From Hyphochytrium catenoides (lineage: Eukaryota > Protista > Hyphochytriomycota), in assembly GCA_900088475.1 (NCBI GenBank), contig FLMG01004384.1, positions 1 to 36,680 of the forward strand: a stretch of DNA of 36,680 nucleotides, given 5' to 3'. Positions 1-12,038 of the stretch are shown piece after piece. The translations under genes and the position numbers were made by a program. Below the pieces are notes generated by a model. That model was given only the letters and a program-made list of their open reading frames with translations. It did no database searches and was not told where the DNA came from. How positions within the stretch are numbered: position 1 is the stretch's first letter; each line of letters starts with the position of its first letter.

Positions 1-400
1 CTGGCCGCTCTCAACGGGCAAATGGCAGAGTCTGTTAATATCTTCCTTCGCAGGACGATGGTAGTTTTTCCTTCGTCCATTATTAGTAATGGTTCAATTT
101 TAGTGTCTGATGAGTTCCTACAATGTCTGACCTGTCACTGTCCTGCTGCCCACACTGGAGGTGTTGCCATCTTCTTGAAGCCGACCGGCGCTGGGGTCTT
201 TCTCTGTCTCTATAGTCGTAGCTACCGCGACCGCTGTCTCTCATTCCTTCCAGCCCTTCCATTGTTCCGACAAATTCTTCTGGCAACCCTGGGCCAAGTG
301 TTAGGTGCAGTTCCTCTGTGTCAAGCCTCAGGTGTAGGAGTGATGGGCACTGCCAGCAGTGACTGAGTAGGACGAGCAGTCCTTCGAATGCGGAGGTCAC
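1..400 (-). CDS. Possible 5' part of an unknown gene running off the left edge
   Basis: Minus-strand ORF 83..400 contains an ATG-started hydrophilic stretch (MEGLEGMRDSGRGSYDYRDRERPQRRS...) followed by a possible donor (AG|gtcag). It is divergent from TBL2. No family recognised. Confidence 0.2.
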
Positions 401-714
401 TAATAATGAGAGAACATCAAGAGCAATGTCTTGATATCTCTGGGCGTTAGCGGCAACCCTCCTTGAGAATGACCAGCGATTTATCTAATAATAAAAAGAT
501 ACTGATGAGGATCTTCTCAGTTGCTCAGTTGTCAAACGTCATCAAGCGTCTGCGCGAAGAGGCAGCAATGAGCATCCAGGAAATAGCTGTCAATCTTCCT
601 TTTCCACGACCTCTGTTCTATCTATGCCATCTGATGAGACAGTAGTAGGTTGCCGATAGAGTAGTAGCGGTCAGCTGAGAAGCGACAGAGGGGGGCATAG
701 AGATACTTCCAAGG

Positions 715-3050
715 ATGACGGGTGTCGTCATATTCACACTGTCTATAGGCCTGGCAATTGCTGTTGTTCTTTTAGCCACCTTCAAATTCCTTCATGGGCG
801 GCACTCGGCTCCCTCTCCCCAGCCTCTAGTAGCAGAACGACCGGCAGACAAGCCCATACAGAAGCTGAAGGTCCTGTTATAGCTCTCTCTCAGCTCCTAG
901 ACCGAAAGTGAACTGACCCCATCTCCATTGTAGAAGACAGACAAAGTAGCGGAGAAGGTCAAGCACCAGCGGGCCCAGAAGGAGGCCGGGCAAGCTCAGT
1001 CAAATGTTACTCCCTTCGCGACTCTAAAGGGTCACACGGCTCCGGTGACGGACGCAGCGCTTAGTGCTAATGGCAAACTCGTGGGCTCGTGTAGTCAAGA
1101 TCGCACAGTGCGAGTGTACTTTATGGAGTCGCTAGGAGACAAGTCTGCAAAGTAGGAGGACGCCGTCCATAGAAGCCTAACGTTATTGCGCGCTGCTCGA
1201 CCTGAGCTGTTGGTTCTCTCTTTGCCAGAGTCTACCTAATCTTGTGGGCCTTACCAGTGGTCACAAGCTTCGCGAGCTTCTGAACCCTTGTGTGCAGCGC
1301 TTATGCCTAATACCTTCCTTGCCATTGTCAATGTGTCCCTCATCTTCACCGATTGCTCCCTCACTTACCTATTTCCGCGCGGGCCCTTCTGATTCCTGCT
1401 CAGATTTCATCGCATCAATATAGAGCTTGAGACTCCAGTGGCGATGGGGTTTAGTTCAGATGGCAAGCTCCTGGTATAAGCTGCTCCTCGATTTCAATGT
1501 CCCAGTAGGCGGCCTTCAAAGTTGTTCACCATTGCTCTGCGTAGGGGGTTGCAACGGAGGAAGGGAATCTAAAGCTCTATCGTAAGGGCTCCACCTTTTT
1601 GACTCATGCGGCCGTTCAATCCTTCTTCTTTCCTTGCAAGTCCCATTGGTCTTCTTGGTCCTTCTTTAAGGTATTCAGTTGCGAACTGAATATCTTCTTT
1701 CGTGCTAAGCCATTGCGCTGTCGTCTGGATCCTGTTATCTCAGAAGTTCGTCCTGCCAGTCTTAGGAATGTGCCCTCTCACCAGCTATTACTCTTGCGGC
1801 GATTTCCTCTTCTTCACAGGAAAGGTTATAAAGAGGCCTGAATTCTGGACGGAGTTCAAAACCTCACACAGAGGAACAATACACTCTTGCCTACTAATAG
1901 ATGAGGGTGAGGTGCGTGATATCTCCTGGCGGAAGTGTTTTCTGCTATCTCCCTCCTCTAAGTCACGTTTGGTTTCTCTTGCTGACGCTTCAGTGGGTTA
2001 CAATTGTAACTGTGGCTGGAGAGGGTGACACCGAGGCCCGGGTCTGGAATAGCCAAGGGGAGCTTCTGCAGGTCATCGACACCCATCAGATCCACAACTA
2101 CGAAGCCGCCGTCTCTCCGGATAACCGATTCCTAGCGGTACCATCATTTTCTCCAGATATTAAGGTACAATTTGCCGTTCTTGACAACTCTGAGGAGCTC
2201 AGATTGTCACCCGCTTGCTCTACACGGTAATGCAGGTATATGAAGTCAGCAGAGACAAATCAGGCCATTTTAAGCACATGGATAAGGCAATGAGTCTCTC
2301 TGGACATAAGGTAAGCGATATCTGCTCTCCATAAGTGTCAAAAGTCGTTCCTCCGTCTTCTTCTCCTACCTGGCCTCTTCTTCTGCTCTACTTTTGCTAA
2401 TGCAATGCAATATAGGCAGGAGTACTAAGTACCAGCTTCAATGGAGGAGGAAGACATATGGTGGACCGCATGGCCACGGTGTCCAAGGACATGACCTGGA
2501 AGATCTGGGACATAAATGGTGGGAGCAGCAGCGCGATGGGAGAGACGCATTTACGCATTGCTGAAAGTTCCTTCATTGGGTTCCAACGATGGTTGGGAAG
2601 TTAAGCGATAGCGAAAGCGTGGCAGAAGTCTGACTCAACTATGCAGTTCGGTACACTGTCAAGGAGGATCCTAAAGCCCGTCACACCTTCAGGCTGGCAG
2701 AACCGGCAGAAAAAATAGCCATTAGCTCGGATGGGAAGGTAAAAGAGCCAAATGTTTCTCCTGACATAGCTCCTACTGACTTCGGATCGCCTATGGAGGT
2801 GGTTGCACTGTCAAGGGGCACCCAAGTCATTTTCTTTGATGCAGTTAGTGGATCCATGCTCCAAGAGATAGCGACAGCCCAAGAAGGTAGGAATCTATTG
2901 ATTTGCCTGGGCAGGGCTCAACCAACAAGTCTCACCGGTCCTTCTATTATAGGTCCTATTAGTCGTATCAACTTCCATGCAGACGGCTCCCTTCTCCTGG
3001 TTGCATCGCGTGGCAGTAAGCATGTCAGACTGTACAAGCGACCAGAATGA
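715..3050 (+). CDS. TBL2: Transducin beta-like protein 2 (N-terminal TM anchor plus WD40 propeller), multi-exon
   Basis: ATG at 715 gives the hydrophobic anchor MTGVVIFTLSIGLAIAVVLLA. Later exons give WD40 repeats LKGHTAPVTDAALSANGKLVGSCSQDRTVRVY, AAVSPDNRFLAVPSFSPDIKVYEV, LSGHK and MATVSKDMTWKIWDINVRYTVKEDPK, which match TBL2 signatures. Ends KHVRLYKRPE* at 3050. Confidence 0.85.
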
Positions 3051-3600
3051 CCTGACAAAGACGACGAATGTTGGCGGTATGTGGCTTACTGGGACCTACA
3101 TTCGGTGGGGTTTTCTGGTCTCTTGTACCTCGAACGCCGTCGCCGTCAGCCCTCGTCACTGGTCGTCAGCGTCCCGACAAAACCTCTTAGGGTGCGATCT
3201 TTATCAAAGTAAATAGAGCTGAAATCATGAGGTGAGGTAGAGATTTAAGGGTACTACTGGGCCCAAGATGCAATTCAACTTCCAGAACATGACCGTCGCT
3301 TTGATATTTGAAGAGGAAGTATTACCCCGATGTGCTTGCCCACAAAGGCTCCACTTAATGTAGCAGGACACTGCCTACCTCCCAAAGTCAGAGCACAAGT
3401 CTGATCTGCGTCTATATTATTCACTATAAGGACAATTCCGATTTAACCATCCACGCGCCTTCAATCAGCACTACGCCTTGGTAAAAGACCTTTCTATATT
3501 CCAGGTTGGAGGGAAAGGCCTAAACTCTATAAGGCTGTAAGTCGAGATTGCTAGCCCCCCATAAATGTGGACTTCGTGCACTCTGGTGTTAAGCTCACTG

Positions 3601-6600
3601 CTACTCCGTTAGCCGCTTAGCAATGCTCCTTACCTGTGGATCATCAGAGAGAAACGAGTTCTGATACTTAAGACGTAGTTCTTTGGCGACATTCCACTCC
3701 ATCTCCAGCACCTCGGTGGATACATAGTCCCAGCCCTCAAACCATTTCTCCTCCTCTGGCAGCACAGACCGAGGTTCTTGCACTAATGGTTTGTTCCAAT
3801 CAACGTGTTCCAGTTCCTGCTCATCAAACTTCCGCAGCATCTCGTCAAGCCCCCGGAACTGCGGCGGATCGTCCTTTCCCGGCAAGGGCTCGACTGTGGG
3901 GATGAAAGGGGGCTTGGCCTTGTTGCCAATCAGCTCATCCCAATCTATACCTTTGAAGAAGTAATGGTTCCTAATGTCGTCTATGCTGCCCTCAATTGTG
4001 CAACCTAACCTCTTGCCGACGTCCTTCTCCAACAGCCTCGCAATGACGTCCGCAGCAGCTGGAGAAAGACCTTCGGGAATTGCCAAGGGGCCTTCAACTG
4101 CCATCTTTTCTGCCTTTTTGGAGTTCCGATACTTGGTGTTTTGGTAGGGCTTCTTACCCGTGAGTAGTTCACAGATCATCACCCCGAGCGACCAAAAGTC
4201 CACGGACACTCCGTAACCTTCAGCTTTACCCTTCTGGGTGAACATCTCTGGTGACCTGTAACCCGCAGTGCCAACATTAGAGAACCGACGGGACGACTTC
4301 CGTCTCTTTGTCTTGCTAGTAAAGCTAGGGGAGGCGGAGGTTAAGGTATGCTGTGTGTTTGTTGAGTTTCGCCGTGGGCCTCGATAGGCGGCAGCCTGAG
4401 GGCTTCCACCAGTATCTAAGGACTCTCTCCGAATAAGTTGAGGGGTCGATGGCTCCGCTCCCGCTTTCTTTGGGGGACTGTCCATGAAAAGCGATTCAGT
4501 CTGTTGATGGCCGCGTGCGAAAGACTCAAGAGGATATACTCTAGAGTTTTCTCTATTAGGAGAAGTGTTGCCGATTGGCGTTGAGACTTCCTGGGACCTG
4601 GTCGTGCGGACCGGGGACCCAACCGAGCCCTGATTGGCGGGACTATTGGGACGGGATGCTACTTGAGGCTGGGCGTTTGGACCTGCAGAAGGATCTGTTG
4701 CTACGCTCTTTATTTGCACCTCCAAGGTGAAGCCAGAGCCGCCAGTCTGCATTGGTCCAGATACAGCATCTTGGGCTCTTTCGTCTCTTCCAACGGTTCG
4801 ACCTAGCTGATTGAGCGTCCCGGACTTAGCGGACACTGTCTTTCCAACAGCTGCTGCCGACGCAACGGCCCCGCCGGAATCAGAAGCTCGTCGGCCAATA
4901 GCCTCTAATGATGGTCCTTGGCCGGGCTCAGCTTTAGGAAGGGCTTTGGTAGGTACCGTCTCTGCTCGCTCTATATCGGTTGCGGGCTGAGGGGGAGTAC
5001 TTGAACCTCCTGGATAGCCCTTTAGCTGCAAATTGAACTTCTCCCGACCCCCTTTTGGAGACGTTGAAGGTGTGGATTCTCCCTCAGGTACTGGACCATT
5101 CTCAATCAGTTGCTTGGCCTCCCCAATTACCGTGCCGTCATTCAACACCATTGGCTCATTAAGGGGGAAGACGTCAGACTTCCGTCTCAGCGGTGATAGG
5201 GAGTGTGAGTCGGCGAGAGAAGACTGCAGCGAGACAGTTTCCGTGCCATCGGTCTCATCATCTCCATCCGCCAGGGGAGCTGCCAAGCCCATATCCGCCA
5301 AGCAGACGTTCCCGTCTTCCCTTAGCAGGACATTCCGAGGTTTTAGATCTCTGTATAGCAGATTGAGGTCATGAAGGTGATGCAAAGCGAGCACCACCTG
5401 AGCGGCATAGAACTTGACACAAGCTTCCGACAGAGTCCCACCATTGGAGCGTCTATTCACTGCCAGATCTCCTCCTCTTACAAGTTCCAAGACTAAGAAA
5501 ACATACTTCTCGTTCTGAAAAGCATAATGTAGGTGTACTATGTAGGGATGGTGGGCTTTAACCAAGACGTTCCGCTCTGTTGCGAGCCGAGTGAGGTCGA
5601 ACTTGTACTCTTTCAGCAAAGATTCCTTGGACATCACCTTCATGGCGTAGAACATGCCTGTACTCTTTTTTCTCACCACGGCCACCCTTCCGAAGCCACC
5701 TTTTCCTAGAATCTTCATATAGTCGAAGTCATTGGGCTCTACCTTATTGTAGATATTTGCCCTGCCGAACTAATATCAGGAGATAAGAAGAAGGGTAGGA
5801 GAATTGCAATCTGGTGAGCCAAAAGGTTCTAGCGAGACTACTGACTAAGCTTGTTTGCAACTGGCCATCCGGACATACTATTTCATGCGCCCTATGTGTT
5901 CCGCGTTCACGCTCTCACTTTTTCTCTCTCTTCTTTCTTTTGTCTTCCTAGTACTCGTCAATGTCTTTTGTGATCTCACCTTGTATTTCCTATAGCTGTC
6001 CGACTGTACAAAGTTCCGGAAAATATTTTTCTCGATCCAAAAGAAGCACTGGGACTGAATCTCCTGGAAGAGCCCTGGTACCACTTCGTCTGCTGCATTC
6101 TGCTTCGTGATAGCTTCTTGGACAGCCTGCACATCCTTCCCCTTTATAAAATCTAAATAGTGAACACCCTTCAGGTCAAGAAATGTCGTGTACACACTTT
6201 TGGCTTGGTGTAGACGGAGAGTCCGGCTGGGAATCTCTACAAACTTCTGGATCTCAGCCTGTGATGGAGGATTATCAGTGGATTGACGGAGTGCCTTAGA
6301 TACCAAGTAACAGTAAGAGAGAATCAGGAAACCGACAGGGGATAGCAGAGTGGAGCAAAAAGAGCGATAAAAGGTGAAGAGACCGTCGACTGTCAGGCAG
6401 CGGTAAGGACTTGAAAGATTACTAGGTAAGCACAGACGATAGGTAGTGAAGTATCCACAGAGCAAAGGTAGCGACAACAAAGAAGCACGAGAGAACCTAC
6501 CCAGCAGGCTACTGGAGAATAAATAATCTCATGCTCCTTAGCATAGCGGGTCATAAAGACTATACCAATGGGCTCGTCTAGCACCCTTCGAAGCTCTAGG

Positions 6601-6782
6601 TAACTTTTGTTAGTATTGTAGTCCAGCTTTCCCAGAGGAGGGAAGGAGCTTGGTATCTGTTTCCATAGCATCGCATGTTTCTTGGCGTTGAATGAATGTG
6701 ACCTGGGATTTGCCTTTGTAATGGAGGGCACGCCAGAGCTGAGTCCATCCGGCTTGACGTGGACGGACGAGCTGCAGCCCAT
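3601..6782 (-). CDS. GRK-like AGC Ser/Thr kinase with N-terminal RGS (RH) domain and very large activation-segment insert; exons about 6782-6501, 6258-5980, 5769-3601 (~910 aa)
   Basis: Starts MGCSSS. RGS-like segment LRRVLDEPIGIVFMTRYAK...VACW|AEIQKF...AKSVYTTFL...LFQEIQSQCFFWIEKNIFRNFVQSDSYRKY. Kinase motifs GKGGFG, YAMK, YRDLKPRN, DMGLA, VGTAGYRSPE, VDFWSLG. AGC tail PPFIP and FEGWDYVS. The GT-AG junctions join in frame. Confidence 0.88.
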
Positions 6783-9129
6783 TTTATGAGATCTCACTAT
6801 CTAGAGAGTAAGAGTCTCAACATGGAAACATTGCCCATTTCGACTACAAGGAGAACAGGAGTGGTGGCGCTTTCCCTCCCCTGATAGTAGCAAAGAGGGC
6901 GGAACTTATGATCGTTGACAACCCTGACAATCTTCATTCATGATGGAAAGCTACAAATGAGTCTATTAGCGGCCCCAAGCCAACGACAGCGCGGCGCGAT
7001 CCCAGTGGTGGATGGACGGACAAGCGAAGGCGTCGGAAGCTCTGCCCTGGATGTGCTGTTTCTCTATTTAGACATAACTTCCTTCCTTCCTCATCAGCAG
7101 GAGCGAACCTGCGGACCTATTGTTCCTCCACGAGGTTTATCTAACCTGCTAAAAACTAGCAACAAGAAGGGAGATGGATGGAGAAAGAGAAGACGTGGAG
7201 CCGAAGAAAGAGAACACATTGAGGCGAGCTAATGACAGGAAGAAGCAGTGGAGCTGTCTCTCTGTGTCTCCCTGTCTGTCTGACAGGCCTGGCAAGGCAA
7301 GGCAAGGCCCCGACACCACGCAGTGCATCCGCCTTATAAACGGTTTCTGCGGTCGTTACAGGAAGCTTTCAGTGAAGCCTTCAGCTAGGACAGGATTGGA
7401 ATGTTTCAGAAGCAGATAATACTTTGTCTTGGGAGAGGATACTTTCAAGAGGACATTGTGGAAAGGTTCTTTCATCCTTGCCGTGATGGTTCCTGTGGCT
7501 TCTCCTTTCGTCTCTCAGCCCTTGCTTTTCCATTGGCTTTGCTTTCTTCGGGTCAAGGAAGAGATGCAAGCCGCAGATAGGCCATGAGGACGAGGGCAAC
7601 AATGACAAGGAAGAGAATATGAAGGATACGAGGAGAGGAGAGTAAAGGTGCTTGGGCAGGCAGATGGACGATCACCAAGGTGTGAGGAGTGCCTAGACAT
7701 AACCTAGCAGAGAGGATTGCCGGCTTCATCCGGAGCTGACCCTTCCTTCTTCAAGGACTCGCTTAGAAAAACTCTTTTTGAACCAGTGTGTCCGTACCAC
7801 GTGTACTCGTAGTCTTGGTGCTAGGACCGTCATGTGGTGCCACTAAGAGTGGAAGAGGAAAGGACAGTACCCCTCTCCTACCATTCCTTACATTTCTGCA
7901 AATCATAAAACGCACGGTGGCGACAGCTCTTCCTGTCTAAGACGTGCGAAATCAAGAGTGAGTCATTGTTCTGAGCTATTCGGAGGAACACCTTTAAACT
8001 TTGAAGGGAGAAAAGTAAACGCCCATCACCACTCATACTACTTCTGGTACGCAGAGATAAGGACGAGAGTCTCAGAAATAGCTTAGAGTCCACGCTATAG
8101 CAGAAGGTTAAAATCAAGCGTCGACCGATCTCCATCATTGATATCGTTTCAAAGCAGGTCTTTACAACCGTTAAAGCCAAAAGACTCTTCAACGGGCCAG
8201 GAGGATCAAACACGACCGAAGGGGCCGAGGCTAAGGAAAGAGGTTTGGGCTCCTTAAAATTGCCTCGTAGGCATATAACGCTTCTTTTCACCACCGCGCT
8301 TGTCGCTCGTGCATCAGCGCCAGACACTATTAGTACGATCCCACCACTCTTTGTTGGCGCCACCGAAGTTCGGAGCAGACGCCATTTTTGGCTCGTTTCT
8401 TTCATGATTTACTTCGTTCCACCAATAGTGTGAGGCGGAAGGTAGATGTGCAGCCTCTATTGTACAAAGGAAGTCATTGTATGCTAAGGACTATTTGGGG
8501 ACTTCTTCTCCGCCGCCGAAGCTGTCTATTTGTATTTCCAATGACCAAAAAAACACCATTCACGGCTCATCGATCACCCACCTGGGATAAGAGACACGTG
8601 TACCGAAACGTTGACAATATCGTTGTAGTGGTTTGACTGAAGGAAAGAGGAGGTGGACACCAGCAAAAGAAGGTAGAACGAGGTGTAGTTAGCGCCGGAT
8701 TCGGCCCAGGTTGCTCAGGGGTGTTGATAGCGGCAGTGGACTGCCCCTTGGGACCTCTTCTAGCAGCAACCTAATAGCGCATCAAATCCTTCCAGGGTGC
8801 GATGACACAGCGGAGTGGCTTGGAAGGGTATGTTCTGCAAATAGGTAGATGTAAGAAGAGATCAATAGAATTTAAGGAGTAACAAAGTTTCTCAACCTCT
8901 CATCTCAATAAAGAGGCGACGCTTCTCTTAGAAGACGCAGACTCAGAAGAAGACGAAGTCTCATCAGCAAGTTGGTGGTGTGGATAGTAGCAGAGATGAA
9001 GACGTTTGAAAGCTACAACTTCACAACTTCAATGTGTGTCATTACAGTTATGCTTATTGATCCCAGTTACCAGATGTCAGATAAGCTATGATCTGATTCT
9101 TTTTCTCAACTCCTACAACACTGTGTGAC

Positions 9130-9143
9130 TGTGTGTGTGTGTG
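9130..9143. repeat. (TG)7 microsatellite
   Basis: Read directly from the sequence. Confidence 0.8.
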
Positions 9144-9520
9144 AGGATCCCCTGTTATTTCTTAGAGACTGTGTCAAGAGAGGAGGGCAAGAACCAAGGT
9201 GTCTTGCCGAGTTCTAACATTTTATAAGGTCATTATCCATCAGAAAGCTCATCAGACAACACGGACGATGGCGACGGCCTTTGAAGTCATGGAGCTTGTT
9301 GTTCGAGTAGCATAGCATCATCAGCCTCTTATAAAGGCCTTTGGAGCCACGGCGCCTTCCATGAGAGCATTCAAAGAAGAGAAGAGGGCGGCACGGGTCT
9401 GCATGAGAGAGGAAACCTGGACACCGGGTGCCTTGTGCCTTTGATAAGGTTTTGGCTGAGTAGAAGGCAAGAGAGTCGCTCTTAGAACGGAGTTATTCTA
9501 CTGACGTTGATATGCTCTAG

Positions 9521-10015
9521 ATGGCACAACCTCTTCCTGCTGTAAGGACGAAAGCCGAGAAGAAGACGGAAGCATCAGTTGAAGAGCAAACTGCTGCAGA
9601 ACGCCCTCGAGTCTTCTATAACCTCGTACTGCATCCACGGCCAAGAGTCACTTGGGACCCAAATGTCATCAACAACGAGGGTATGGGAAAAAAGAGCTCA
9701 AAGAGTAAGTATTCTGGAGTCTCGCTTTTATTGAGCTGTGACAACTCACTGATAATGTTGCCTCAAGAATGTTGCATCTTCCATAAGACCCGCCCGTTTG
9801 ATGAAAGCTCTAGCGAGAGCAGTGAATCTTCCTCAGATGAGAGCGGGGAGGAGGAAGGTGCCAAGCCAAGTAAAAAAAAGAAGAAAGTAGTACGGAAGAA
9901 CGGTGAGCACAAACAATCCGGCACTTCTGGACATTCCTGCCGCCATGATCATCGTTCCCATGGCCCTAACAGTGATGAAGCAGCATGCATACCAGGTGAT
10001 CGAGCAAATGGATAG
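9521..10015 (+). CDS. PPP1R11: Protein phosphatase 1 inhibitor-3 (Ypi1/PPP1R11); intron 9705-9767
   Basis: RVxW PP1-docking motif in PRVTWDPNVINNEGMGKKSSK. After splicing this continues into KCCIFHK followed by an acidic Ser-rich tract, the hallmark of the family. Confidence 0.93.
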   Translation: MAQPLPAVRTKAEKKTEASVEEQTAAERPRVFYNLVLHPRPRVTWDPNVINNEGMGKKSSKSKYSGVSLLLSCDNSLIMLPQECCIFHKTRPFDESSSESSESSSDESGEEEGAKPSKKKKKVVRKNGEHKQSGTSGHSCRHDHRSHGPNSDEAACIPGDRANG

Positions 10016-10814
10016 TGATTGAATAGCAATATTATTTTATTAGTCCTATCGTTATGGGGATGGCACGGCCGCCAGTAAGGGACGTATTCCTGGCTTGGCT
10101 GATGCCCCTGACCGCTGACAAATGTTCTTTATTTATGTTGGGGCTCAGCTATGATAATAATAAGGGCGGCGGGGCCCCTACGATTTACTACTATTAGCTA
10201 TTCTCATTGGTGTCCATTCAAGCGAACTGTTCTTCACTCTATCGTCGTTGAGCTTCAGACAAGCAGCAATTCAGCGTGTAGGCGGGAGGGCACGACAATG
10301 GTTGGTTTGCATGCAGGATGATGGCTCAACAGACAGACACACTCTCATCATTCTTCTAATCAACATCATCCGTGCTGCTCCCGCACTGTAAGGGAAGCGC
10401 CACTATAGCCGTTAACCGCTGAGACTGTGGCTTGTCTCTTCTTCCAACAGGATGAGGAAAGCCCTGAGAAGAGGACAACAGGACAACAGACAGCCCGCCG
10501 TCCTCGTCCTTGCTCGTTGCTGGGCCTCGCATCAGTCAACCCAGAACCTACACTTCTTGCGGCTACCAGCTACCGTTCACCTGGTTCTTTCTTATAGCTC
10601 TCTTCATTGTACTCCTTAGCTATCTCGTCTGGGAGTACAGACGATAGGTGCAAGCTGTGAGAACGACGCCCTTGAGTCTCTCCGCTTCAGCAGTGAACTA
10701 GAGGTTCTCAGCATGACCACTTTCTTCTTCTCTGGGTATGAGCGGCCCTTGTCTGCTAGATTATGCCAGTAACATAACCTCGAGTTTGAGGACAAGAGGG
10801 TGGTTGAAGCGATT

Positions 10815-11983
10815 ATGGATATTGCCGGATCTGTCATAGCGGCTCCGGCCACTGAAGTACCTCCAATGCAGTCGGAGGAGCAGAAAGCTCGAATAGAGGC
10901 GAACCGATTGCGCGCACTAGAGAGATTGCGAGCAAAGGGTCATCAAAGAACGCCGGCGGAAGTGATATCAGCTACAAAGAGTGTTGAAATCAGGAAGAAA
11001 GATATTGGCAACGGCCATGACTCGCCGCGGACCCCCACCTTGGTATCGCCACCTTCTGAGGTTAAGAGCGGTGCCCAGGATGAGCTGGTGAGCCGTGGTG
11101 GCTTCATCAACGACGACATGGGTGGCGGTGGCTTTCTAGTGGATGACGGTGACGATGAGGAGGAGGTATCAGGTATTGGAGCTGAGGAGACGCGTGAGGG
11201 ATCTGACTCTTCCGGTGCAGCTCTTAGCAGGAGCGACTTGAAAGAAAAAGATGAACTTATCAGTGGCCAAGCGCCATTTTCCTCATCGTGCCAGCACTGT
11301 TCAACACTGACGGTCATCGGGGACCTCCTCTCAACTTTTAAAGAAGCTGTCTGCTATGAATGCCGACCAAAGTATAGCGAGTTTGATCTGCTGATCAAGA
11401 CAAAGGCTAAAGAAGAATATTTATTGAGCGATAAAGCTCTAGAAGGTATGTGGACAGCCGCCGCATCGGAAGCCAGTTCCCAGCTATTCACCGATCAGTC
11501 TTCTTGTCCCATTTTAGGAATTCCCTTCCTGGAGAAGGTGAATCCCAACAAAACAAACTGGACTCCGATGAAGCTCTATCTTCGAAAGCTGGTGGGTATC
11601 TGCCGTCCTCTGTAGTTCTATGTCTGGGGGAGGATGCTGATGAAGTAACAGGTTGAACGCATGGCCCTAGCGAAGTACGGAAGTCTAGAAGAGCTTGAAA
11701 AGGAGAAGGAAAAGCGGAAGCAGGAGAAATGGAAGCGTTCGTCTAAGAAGAATAAAGATCTATTAAAGCAGACCTCAGGTACAGGATACTGCTTGACCTC
11801 CTGAGCCCACTCTATGCTGCTAATGCTATGACTATAGGCTCTTCTGTCGTCAAAAAGCGTTCGGTACGCTTAGCTTTTGAGGACGACCATACCCACACCT
11901 ATATAGAAGAGTTCGCACAAGCCTCTCAGACGTGGTATAACGTCTGTGAATGTGGGATGCGAGTGCCATTTGAAAAATTCTGA
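10815..11983 (+). CDS. XPA: DNA repair protein XPA (Rad14 family), 4 exons
   Basis: N-terminal helix EEQKARIEANRLRALERL, GGGF ERCC1-binding motif, C4 zinc finger CQHC...CYEC, LLIKTKAKEEYLL, NPNKTNWTPMKLYL, ALAKYGSLEELEKEKEKR, and C-terminal HTHTY...CECGMRVPFEKF*. Confidence 0.92.
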
Positions 11984-12038
11984 GCTTCATAAAGGAGCTA
12001 ACGAAGTGGTCATGACATCCGACGGCTATGCTTCTGCA

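Noticed and set aside
5878-6480. 200-aa ORF as a standalone gene
   Set aside because: It is exon 2 of the RGS kinase with read-through into the flanking introns.
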